59,894 nt of DNA from a virus (Duplodnaviria; Heunggongvirae; Uroviricota; Caudoviricetes), in IMG/VR virus record IMGVR_UViG_2974697560_000001; one strand, written 5' to 3'. The notes beneath the pieces are model-generated. The model was not told where the DNA came from. It worked only from the letters and a program-made list of their open reading frames with translations, and made no database searches. The translations under genes were made by a program, and so were the position numbers. Below, piece by piece: positions 8,508-15,573 of the stretch. Numbering within the stretch: position 1 is the stretch's first letter; every line of letters starts with the position of its first letter.

Positions 8508-8645
8508 CTACTTCTCCTGCTGCTTTTCCAATTGCTCCTTGTAGCTGGTCAGGATGCGACGGAGCCAGGCAGGAACGATGCCCTGTTCCTTGGCAGCCGC
8601 AATCTCAGCCTCAGTGAATGGACCAGTAGGGATTTCGAAAGTCAT
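8508..8645 (-). CDS. Hypothetical protein (45 aa)
   Basis: MTFEIPTGPFTEAEIAAAKEQG...; RBS and own promoter. Confidence 0.6.
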   Translation of the reverse strand: MTFEIPTGPFTEAEIAAAKEQGIVPAWLRRILTSYKEQLEKQQEK

Positions 8646-8756
8646 GGCTTCCCCTCTCGGATTTCTTAGTCATAGTCTACACGACCAGATTTTTAGTCGC
8701 AAGCCCTATTTTCAAGATTTTTAGTCGGGGGCGGACGCCCCGAAGGGCTAGCCACC

Positions 8757-9068
8757 TTACTCCCAAGGCTGGTAGTCAGACCAGTCGGAACCCTCGTGAT
8801 TCTGGATTTCGATGGTCACCGTGTCACCCAAACGGTGATTCACGCTGTACAGGGAGCGGCTGGAGCCCTGGTAACGCCTTTGGGCCTTTGCCCACTTGAC
8901 CAGCTTCTCAGCCTGCTTGCGGGAGCGGCAGGGCCATGCCTCGATGCACTCTCCGTAGTTGTACCACCATCCGCCCTCTTCCGAGCCACCACAGGCCCGG
9001 TCTACGAAGTGAATGTTCACCCAGTGCTTGTTCCGACGACGCTGACCCATACGAAGACCCTTGGCCAT
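8757..9068 (-). CDS. Hypothetical protein
   Basis: AAGGAGG RBS; DRACGGSEEGGWWY motif. Confidence 0.7.
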   Translation of the reverse strand: MAKGLRMGQRRRNKHWVNIHFVDRACGGSEEGGWWYNYGECIEAWPCRSRKQAEKLVKWAKAQRRYQGSSRSLYSVNHRLGDTVTIEIQNHEGSDWSDYQPWE

Positions 9069-9175
9069 TTCCGCCTCCTTGTTGATGACCTAAGTCTAAC
9101 AGAAGCCTAGGACAGATTCAATATGCTTGCCAGGATGTACAGTGATTGTCGGACCCGGACAAAAAATTCGCCTAC

Positions 9176-9236
9176 AAATTCACCCCTCTTTTCTAAGGGA
9201 ATCTGGGAAGAAATCCTTGAAAAGAGGGGTGAATTT
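9176..9236. repeat. Perfect 18-bp inverted repeat
   Basis: AAATTCACCCCTCTTTTC (9176-9193) / GAAAAGAGGGGTGAATTT (9219-9236). Confidence 0.9.
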
Positions 9237-9487
9237 TTTCTGCGAATGTTTTTCGAAGGTCAGATTGCGACTTTTTCGTCTTTTCCTGCCTCACAAAGGC
9301 AGTATTTCGAATGTGTCGCCTCGATTGCGACAAAGCCGCTTTCCTGATACCTCGAAAGAAGGTTGGCCAGAAGGGACGAGTTGAAAACCGGGGTTTTGGA
9401 TTTCAGCCCGTCCCTTTCCAGCAAAAGGGACATACTGTGAAATCGGACTTTTGAAACAGCCTTTTTCCGCATTATGCCCCCTTTAGG

Positions 9488-9634
9488 TCAGCCCAGTTCG
9501 GACATGTGCGCGTAGGCGTCCTCGGTACCGAAGTCAACGGTACGGTCAGCGTCCCGCACGGTGGAGACAGGCAGGGTCATGGTGGTGAAGACGCCAGCGT
9601 CCACAGCCTGCTCAAGAAGGTCACGAAGGTCCAT
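9488..9634 (-). CDS. Hypothetical protein (48 aa)
   Basis: MDLRDLLEQAVDAGVF...; GGAAGGAAG RBS and own promoter. Confidence 0.6.
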   Translation of the reverse strand: MDLRDLLEQAVDAGVFTTMTLPVSTVRDADRTVDFGTEDAYAHMSELG

Positions 9635-9784
9635 GGTGTGTACTTCCTTCCGTCTTGGTGATAGCTCTAGTCTAGCCTACGTACATGGGGGATGCAAGCC
9701 CTAGATGTTCCGGGAATTTTCAGCGCCTATCGTACACGCGCGGGGGAAATGTGGGGTATGTCCGTAAGGCCCCTTAATAGAGCC

Positions 9785-9882
9785 TATGCCCTATATGTAC
9801 CATGTGCCCATATATGTACTGCTATGGCATGGTATGTACCCATATGCCCTATGTGTACCAGTATGGGTAGGTATGTACCCAA
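9785..9882. repeat. Degenerate TATG(T/C)(A/C)CC tandem repeats
   Basis: TATGCCCTATATGTACC, ATATGCCCTATGTGTACC, GGTATGTACCC twice. Confidence 0.6.
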
Positions 9883-10016
9883 TGTCCGTTTTGACCTAAA
9901 TGTCTGTCGGCCCCGGACGTTACCAAGTCTTTACCTAAGAAGTTCTCGGATTGGCGGTTTAGGCGGGGGCGGACGGGTAGTATGTAGGCATAGCCACTAC
10001 ACACCAGGGAGACACG

Positions 10017-10478
10017 ATGAACGCCACCGCCACCCACACCAACACCCACACTGACGGCCGGACCTGCACCTACGCTACGGAAAAGGCCACTAACGCCCGT
10101 GTGCGTAGGCAGGTGCTCGCTACGGTGCTGTACCTGGCATCCCTCACGGGGGACAGTGACGGGGCCACGTGGGCTAACTGTGTGGGGTGTGGGGAGCGTG
10201 CCCACGTGGGCGGTACCCCTAGGGCTATGGACACGTTCAACCTTGGCCACGTGCACAGTGATGCGGAAGGGGGCATGTGGTGCGTGTGCAACTTCCTCCC
10301 CCTGTGCAGGCAGTGCAACGTGGACATGGGCAAAGAGCACATGATGGACGTTCTCACTCCGATGTATGACAATCGGGACATGTGGGACGGTAAGCTCATG
10401 CGTGACCCTGGCAATGCCGAGAGTGCCCCGATGGTGAACCGTGGCCGTGCCCGTTGGGCGGCCCCCACGGGCCGCTAA
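10017..10478 (+). CDS. HNH endonuclease-like protein
   Basis: CVGCGE...LGHVHS...GG...NFLPLCRQCN. Confidence 0.7.
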   Translation: MNATATHTNTHTDGRTCTYATEKATNARVRRQVLATVLYLASLTGDSDGATWANCVGCGERAHVGGTPRAMDTFNLGHVHSDAEGGMWCVCNFLPLCRQCNVDMGKEHMMDVLTPMYDNRDMWDGKLMRDPGNAESAPMVNRGRARWAAPTGR

Positions 10479-10489
10479 GCGGCTTAGAG

Positions 10490-10525
10490 AGTAGCCCCTA
10501 GGACGTAGTGGCCTAGGGGCTCTTT
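10490..10525 (+). terminator. Intrinsic terminator
   Basis: AGCCCCTAGG-9nt-CCTAGGGGCT-CTTTC. Confidence 0.7.
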
Positions 10526-10716
10526 CATGCCCTCAGACGGGCCCTCAGCCCTTTTGAAAACGGCTTTCAACTAGGGTGGAACCTTCCCCGGAACCTTCCC
10601 GCGAGAGAATGTCAAGGGATATGGGCGCACTATCTGGATTGTTACAAAGGTATGCGAAGCATGTATCGTACAACATCAAAAATTACTAACATTTCGCACA
10701 CCTTTTAATGTAACAA

Positions 10717-10959
10717 TTAGGTAACGTCGGGGTCGGACTCTTCCTCATTACTGGCGACTTCATCGCCCATCACGAATGATGGGGGAGGAGAGAACGTCTT
10801 TCCAGCAGAATGGGCGTCGAATACGGCTTTCGCTTCATCAGGATTTACAGCACGAGCAATGCACATCATTACGTCGTAGATACGCAACAACATGATTGTC
10901 TGTACTATCTCTGATGCATCCTCTGCGAATACATCTTGAGGTTCGTTGTCACTGTTCAT
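10717..10959 (-). CDS. Hypothetical protein (80 aa)
   Basis: Start MNSDNEPQ overlaps the thyX stop. Confidence 0.65.
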   Translation of the reverse strand: MNSDNEPQDVFAEDASEIVQTIMLLRIYDVMMCIARAVNPDEAKAVFDAHSAGKTFSPPPSFVMGDEVASNEEESDPDVT

Positions 10960-11665
10960 CTTGTCTATCATTCCCAAATGGTCTGAGAGCGACAGGGAAT
11001 TCGGGAACAATGAGGTCACGAACGGCCTGCGCATACTGCTGAATTTCTAGCTGTGCCTTGTGCTCTAGCCTTTCATTGAGAAAGTGCATTACTGCTGCAA
11101 GGCTGGTAGTCCAACGCCATCTTACATACATACCATATGCGGGGAGGAATAGTCTTGCTTGTTCCGGCGCGAGTCCACTGTCCAATGCCTGATTGTATAG
11201 TGTCTCACCTTGTGCCAGGAATTCCTTGAGCATATCGGTGTATTGCTGAGAAGTGATAGGGTCTGCGTTTTCTCCGCTGCCCTGCTTCTTGTTTTCTGGT
11301 GCCATACGCCACTCTGTTGGAATGTGGTATACGGGGTCTTCTGTTATATAGCGTCTTGATGATTCGTTCCAGCCTATTTGGTCATCAAGATGGGTAGAAG
11401 CCACTGTATATTTCCACCATTGACGTGCAACGAATAGAGGTGCATAAACCTCAAACGTCATCGTGGCATGTCTGAATGGGGAATACTCGTTATTCCTGAC
11501 AAGGAAGTTGATAAGACGCTCATCCCTGTCTCCAAACTCTGCACTTTCCTTGGCATAAGATACTCTAGCTGCATTTACAATGGAAAGGTCACTTCCCATA
11601 TGGTCTACTAGACGTACATATCCTTCGTCAAGGACCCTGATAATATTCTGTTCCCCACCGGGCAT
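10949..11665 (-). CDS. thyX: Flavin-dependent thymidylate synthase
   Basis: GYVRLVDHMGSDLSIVNAARVSY, HxSPF-like YSPFRH, APLFVARQW, WNESSRRY, HKAQLEI. Confidence 0.93.
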   Translation of the reverse strand: MPGGEQNIIRVLDEGYVRLVDHMGSDLSIVNAARVSYAKESAEFGDRDERLINFLVRNNEYSPFRHATMTFEVYAPLFVARQWWKYTVASTHLDDQIGWNESSRRYITEDPVYHIPTEWRMAPENKKQGSGENADPITSQQYTDMLKEFLAQGETLYNQALDSGLAPEQARLFLPAYGMYVRWRWTTSLAAVMHFLNERLEHKAQLEIQQYAQAVRDLIVPEFPVALRPFGNDRQDEQ

Positions 11666-12125
11666 TTAGTCTCCTAATTGATTCGTAGTGCTTGAACTCC
11701 TTGTCCAAGCTGTCTTCTGCAAGCTTTCCGTGCCGGGCGTCTCTTTCTCCCTGGAAAAGGATTCCAATCCTGGCCTGCTCACTCTTGATAATTAGATATG
11801 GCTGTAGAAGAGTAAGGAAATCTCTAGCCATTTTAGAAGTCATCGCCCATTGCCATGATGGCTGAGCCTTTGGCCTACTCTTTTTCTCTAGAAGAGTCCC
11901 ACCAAATTTCATATGAAGTCGAACGAGAACTTCCCTGTTCGTACTGGACACGCTAACTCTCAATTGAAAGCTGTCTTTTCGCCCGTTGTATCCCTTGACC
12001 TTGTTGATAGAAACGCATCCTTCTCCATCAAACAATCCGGCGTAATAGGCTAGACTTAGTCTTTCTTCGAGTTCTAGCTTTTCTTCAACCATGTCTTGGT
12101 AATAGGGCTCTCTTTTGATTGCCAT
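11628..12125 (-). CDS. LAGLIDADG homing endonuclease
   Basis: LAYYAGLFDGEGCVSI motif; start MAIKRE after a leaderless-type promoter. Confidence 0.88.
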   Translation of the reverse strand: MAIKREPYYQDMVEEKLELEERLSLAYYAGLFDGEGCVSINKVKGYNGRKDSFQLRVSVSSTNREVLVRLHMKFGGTLLEKKSRPKAQPSWQWAMTSKMARDFLTLLQPYLIIKSEQARIGILFQGERDARHGKLAEDSLDKEFKHYESIRRLNARWGTEYYQGP

Positions 12126-12145
12126 GGTTCTATGGTACCACAACA

Positions 12146-12174
12146 AAGGCCAGAGCACAAATGCTCTGGCCTAA
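12146..12174 (-). terminator. Terminator overlapping the LAGLIDADG promoter
   Basis: GGCCAGAGCA-TTTG-TGCTCTGGCC-TTTG. Confidence 0.65.
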
Positions 12175-12175
12175 G

Positions 12176-12337
12176 TCATTCTTTGAGATTCGCAATCTCA
12201 CCATCGAGCCGCCGGACTTCGCGCTTGTAGCGCTGCTCCTCAATGCGGTTTCCCTTGAGCTTCGCTTTATCTGCACCCCTTTGTGCATTCCGGCGCTTTT
12301 CATACAGCTCGTTAAGAGCCCTTCTTACCCCATCCAT
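12176..12337 (-). CDS. Hypothetical basic coiled-coil protein (53 aa)
   Basis: MDGVRRALNELYEKRR...EIANLKE, read by hand. Confidence 0.55.
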   Translation of the reverse strand: MDGVRRALNELYEKRRNAQRGADKAKLKGNRIEEQRYKREVRRLDGEIANLKE

Positions 12338-12485
12338 TTGCTACCTGCAATTCCTGTAGGGCGTATATTTCCTTGGCTACTGCCTTTGCACGATTCTCGT
12401 TCTTGCCACGAACTCGCAGATACTCTTCTCTTAGAGCGTCAAGGCGTCGTTGGCATTCCCGTGCGTTCTTAGGTATGGCACTCAT
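12312..12485 (-). CDS. Hypothetical protein (57 aa)
   Basis: MSAIPKNARECQRRLDALREEY...; ATG overlaps the upstream stop. Confidence 0.55.
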   Translation of the reverse strand: MSAIPKNARECQRRLDALREEYLRVRGKNENRAKAVAKEIYALQELQVANGWGKKGS

Positions 12486-12802
12486 ACGTTATTCCTGTCA
12501 AGTATGCCGTGTATGTAATCGGCATCAATGTCGTCGTAGTTTGATAGCATTCTCAACTCTGAGACTGCCTCTTTGTACCGGCGATTTTCTGACAGATAGT
12601 TGTCAGCATCATTAGCCCACCGGTAGGCATCTTTGCGAAGTGCTAGGAACTTCTCTCGGGGAATCTCTTCATCGGGCAGGATATCAAATTCAACCCATAC
12701 TGAATACTCCTCTTCTGTCATTCCTAGAAACTCGTGGAGTGACATTTCTGTGTCACTGTCATGCCACTTGTCCACGAGGTCTTCTAGTTGTCCTTTGTTC
12801 AT
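12482..12802 (-). CDS. Hypothetical protein
   Basis: GAGGA RBS; WHDSDTEMSLHEFLGMTEEEY motif. Confidence 0.7.
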   Translation of the reverse strand: MNKGQLEDLVDKWHDSDTEMSLHEFLGMTEEEYSVWVEFDILPDEEIPREKFLALRKDAYRWANDADNYLSENRRYKEAVSELRMLSNYDDIDADYIHGILDRNNV

Positions 12803-13146
12803 GTCCTCAGTTTGTCACATGTCCTGGGACATTGTCAAGACGTGACACTGCCTTGTTCACCGTATTCACTGGGACATCTGTCCCCTTGATGTCACAAATC
12901 TGCTTGTGCAATTCTTTCCTGTCCGTGACACCCTTGTCCCATAGCTCTCTGACCAGGGCGGACACTGACTTGTCCTTGTTTGTCACCGATGTCTCTGTCA
13001 CCTTTTTTGTCCCTGGGACATTGTCCGTGACAGGAATGTCCGGTGACGTGACAGAAAATGTCTTGTCCTCTGTCTTTGTCACCTTGTCCTTTTTGTCACT
13101 TGTCTTGTCCTTTGTCTTCTTTCTGTCCAGAGGCTGTCCAGTGACA
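12741..13146. repeat. Dense TGTC/GACA tetramer array
   Basis: 40 TGTC or GACA occurrences counted by hand in ~410 bp (about 3 expected at random). Confidence 0.85.
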
Positions 13147-13664
13147 TTTGTGACGGCTTCATTCAGACGGAAGAATACCACATCCTTGAAGCCACGGAAA
13201 GTCTTGCCTGGGAAGATAAGCCAGCTAATCTTACCAAACACTGGCATACGCTTCGGAACAAGACCCATTGAGCGCATCTCGCTTCGGTGAATGAAGCGTA
13301 GATAAAGCTCGAAAAGGATACCGGCAATAACTGGTGGTGCTCCAAAAAGAACCATTCCAGGGATGCCATAGGATAGCAAGATGGCGTGCTCTACGTTGAG
13401 GTAGACAGACGCACCGACGAACAGATATGTTGCTAGTTTTGTTGCAAGGCCAGAATCTTCTGTTCTGGCATACTTTGAGGCAAGGTCAGCTACAAACAGA
13501 GCTGCGCCATCAAAAGCCGCGCTTACACCGATAGCAAGAATCTGGGGCACGCCATAGAACGTAATTGCGAGCGAATAAAGACTCCACCAAGATAGTGCGA
13601 GGCTTACAACAAGCACAATCGCAAAGCCGAGCCAACCAACCTTGAATTTCTTAAGATATTTCAT
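12807..13664 (-). CDS. DUF2637/Spd-like membrane protein with C-terminal HTH-like region
   Basis: Four hydrophobic segments (LALSWWSLYSLA, AAFDGAAL, ASVYLNVEHA), a T/D/K/V-rich linker and a helical C-terminus; start MKYLKK after GAGGAGAGGG. Confidence 0.7.
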   Translation of the reverse strand: MKYLKKFKVGWLGFAIVLVVSLALSWWSLYSLAITFYGVPQILAIGVSAAFDGAALFVADLASKYARTEDSGLATKLATYLFVGASVYLNVEHAILLSYGIPGMVLFGAPPVIAGILFELYLRFIHRSEMRSMGLVPKRMPVFGKISWLIFPGKTFRGFKDVVFFRLNEAVTNVTGQPLDRKKTKDKTSDKKDKVTKTEDKTFSVTSPDIPVTDNVPGTKKVTETSVTNKDKSVSALVRELWDKGVTDRKELHKQICDIKGTDVPVNTVNKAVSRLDNVPGHVTN

Positions 13665-14403
13665 TAGCCCTCTCCTCTGTGATAGGCTTGTCGTCCTTCC
13701 ATCCGACGATGATTGTATTTGGTCTATAATCAGTTTCGTGCAGATGCTTCTTTGAACTATTGCATGACTTACATAGAATTTGGAAGTTTCTGAAAGAGTG
13801 CTCTCCACCCAAATAGAGGGGAACAATATGGTCTAGAGTTAGAATGCTGTCTGACGTGCATTCAGGATTGAGACAGACATTGCCGTAGAAATCCTTAACG
13901 ATTGTCATGTAGTCTCTAGGAAGAGGTTCAACCGTTCCTGCACGTTTTGCAGCGAAGTACCTTGCATTGTTTCCTCTGACAATATCCCTATTGTTCTCAA
14001 CCCATCTACGAGTGTTCTCTTTTCTTCTTTCAGGATTGCTTTGATGCCATCGTCTGTTCTTTTCTCTAGCGGCCTCTGGATTATTCTTATGCCATTCGTG
14101 GTTCTTTTGCTTAACCTTATCCGGATTAGCTAGTCTCCAACGGCGGGTGGCTTCCCTATTTGGCTCAGGATTGACTGCCCTCCTGGCTCTCGCTTGGGCA
14201 TTCTTCTTTTCTCGGTTACGCTCGGTCCATTCGCGCTCATATTGTCTGAACTTATCTGGATTAGCTTCACGAGCCTTCTTGCGTTTAATCTTGGCGCATT
14301 CGAGGCAGTGCCCCTTCAATTTTATCGTGCCATCTGCCCTCTTTCCGTCCTTTCCAAATTCGGACAGCCCTTTAGACAGACCGCAGCTATTGCATGTCTT
14401 CAT
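13651..14403 (-). CDS. HNH homing endonuclease
   Basis: N-terminal CxxC, repeated NP(E/D)K helical units, LTLDHIVPLYLGGEHSFRNFQILCKSCNSSK. Confidence 0.9.
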   Translation of the reverse strand: MKTCNSCGLSKGLSEFGKDGKRADGTIKLKGHCLECAKIKRKKAREANPDKFRQYEREWTERNREKKNAQARARRAVNPEPNREATRRWRLANPDKVKQKNHEWHKNNPEAAREKNRRWHQSNPERRKENTRRWVENNRDIVRGNNARYFAAKRAGTVEPLPRDYMTIVKDFYGNVCLNPECTSDSILTLDHIVPLYLGGEHSFRNFQILCKSCNSSKKHLHETDYRPNTIIVGWKDDKPITEERANEIS

Positions 14404-14531
14404 GTAGCTACAGTAGCATAAAATTCATTATTGTGCCACCAACTCAGTGCCAGCGCGACAATGAGAACAACTCCGAATGATATTGAACCCCGCCAGTCAA
14501 GAATACGCTTGACGTTTGGCGTTTTCATCAT
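14400..14531 (-). pseudogene. Orphaned 5' fragment of the DUF2637-like gene (43-codon ORF)
   Basis: FGVVLIVALALSWW matches FAIVLVVSLALSWW at the N-terminus of 12807-13664. Confidence 0.7.
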
Positions 14532-14539
14532 TCTCCTTT

Positions 14540-14578
14540 AGACAAAAGTGCAGGCGGCCCGGATTGGACCGCCTGCTA
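14540..14578 (-). terminator. Intrinsic terminator
   Basis: GCAGGCGGTCC-AATCC-GGGCCGCCTGC then ACTTTT. Confidence 0.7.
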
Positions 14579-14583
14579 TGAAA

Positions 14584-14985
14584 TTATTTTCCTGACTCAC
14601 TGAACATCCAGAGCCACTTATCGATACCTCGCTTAACCTCAATGAGGACATCCTGTGTTGCAAGGTCATCGGTAATGTTCAGTATACCATTCTGTAGAAC
14701 GTGGGTCAATCCTCTTAGAGAACTCACCATGTTATCCACAACCTGCTGGTAACTTACTGATTCACCGGACATTTCGTATGCAACCTTTGGAGCAAGATAC
14801 CAACCGTTTGCTCGTGCACGTTCAGCGATAGTGTCAGCATATTCGGTTATATCGGAGTGAAGCTCATCCAGCTTCTCATGTAGGTAAAAGAACTCTTTAC
14901 CCCTGAGATTCCAATGACTCTCCTTGACGACCAAGGAGAGAATCAGAAGCCATTCGAGAGCTTCCTCCATCTTTGCTTCTAGCAC
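14584..14985 (-). CDS. dps: Dps/ferritin-like protein
   Basis: HWNLRGKEFFYLHEKLDE...DTIAER ferroxidase motif and C-terminal DLATQDVL...DKWLWM. Confidence 0.88.
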   Translation of the reverse strand: MLEAKMEEALEWLLILSLVVKESHWNLRGKEFFYLHEKLDELHSDITEYADTIAERARANGWYLAPKVAYEMSGESVSYQQVVDNMVSSLRGLTHVLQNGILNITDDLATQDVLIEVKRGIDKWLWMFSESGK

Positions 14986-15196
14986 TCTCCACCTCCTTAA
15001 TCGCCGTTTTTACGTTGTGATGCATCTCTAGACCAGGAAGTATGTAAGTATCACATACCATGCACCATAGTCTGAGGTCGGTAGATGCACCAGGCTTTAG
15101 TCTGACTATCAAATTGTTATGACAATCGGGACACTCTAGTGCCGGGGCCAAATTCTCTTTGACTAGTCGATTGTATTTATGAAAGTCCTGCCACAT
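14897..15196 (-). CDS. Zinc-ribbon hypothetical protein
   Basis: CPDC...CMVC; TACACT -10 six nt before the ATG; overlaps dps. Confidence 0.6.
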   Translation of the reverse strand: MWQDFHKYNRLVKENLAPALECPDCHNNLIVRLKPGASTDLRLWCMVCDTYILPGLEMHHNVKTAIKEVESARSKDGGSSRMASDSLLGRQGESLESQG

Positions 15197-15208
15197 GACA
15201 TAAGTGTA

Positions 15209-15412
15209 TCACGCATCTCGAAGAGTGCGCAGTACGCTTTCTACGTCATTTGTAGCTGACTCTATCGCATTACGAAGATTACTGACTTCGTTCTCGTATG
15301 CGTTGTCTGCCTCTACAGCGTCCTGCTTGATTTCGCTGATAAGGGCTGTAACAAGATTTCTGTTAAGGCCCGCAGAATCAGTCAGCAAAAGCAGTTCTAT
15401 TTCTGCCCTCAC
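15209..15412 (-). CDS. Hypothetical coiled-coil protein
   Basis: GTGA overlap with the upstream stop. Confidence 0.6.
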   Translation of the reverse strand: MRAEIELLLLTDSAGLNRNLVTALISEIKQDAVEADNAYENEVSNLRNAIESATNDVESVLRTLRDA

Positions 15413-15573
15413 TTAACACCATCCAGATATCCATGCCCCTTGCAGACCTTTACAGCCTTGTTGAAGTATGTAATATCGACAGCAGGCTTATTGGGACACT
15501 GCTTTACATAGCACTTGCCCTTTTCGTTGCGAGTATTCTCGCCCTTTTTGTCTCTTCCAAGACTGTCAGGCAT
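15409..15573 (-). CDS. Hypothetical Cys/His protein (54 aa)
   Basis: Start MPDSLG overlaps the cytidylyltransferase stop; CxxxxC...CxxH. Confidence 0.55.
   Translation of the reverse strand: MPDSLGRDKKGENTRNEKGKCYVKQCPNKPAVDITYFNKAVKVCKGHGYLDGVK

Larger units (their letters stand above)
862..9697 (-). promoter_or_regulatory. Array of 17 sigma70/HrdB-type early promoters
   Basis: -10/-35 pairs (plus coordinates), 17-18 bp spacers: 862-890, 1102-1131, 2283-2312, 2903-2932, 3466-3494, 4601-4629, 4671-4700, 5800-5828, 6385-6414, 6874-6903, 7118-7146, 7625-7653, 8038-8066, 8482-8510, 8674-8702, 9093-9121, 9669-9697. -10 mostly TAGACT; -35 TAGACA or TTG-start hexamers. Confidence 0.85.
750..9919. 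repeat. Dispersed 15-bp pseudo-palindrome TGTC-N7-GACA (operator-like)
   Basis: Copies at 750, 1146, 2944, 3508, 4727, 5858, 6428, 7174, 7657, 8092, 8723, 9147, 9905 (plus a variant at 2356-2370), almost all intergenic beside a GC hairpin. Confidence 0.85.

Noticed and set aside
2361-9159. GACCCGGA (TraB recognition octamer of plasmid pSVH1) at 2361 and 9152
   Set aside because: Only two isolated exact copies, both variants of the palindrome; no clustered clt-like array and no TraB gene seen
750-9919. Repeats as a CRISPR array
   Set aside because: Copies are 15 bp, irregularly spaced and separated by whole genes; no cas genes in the window
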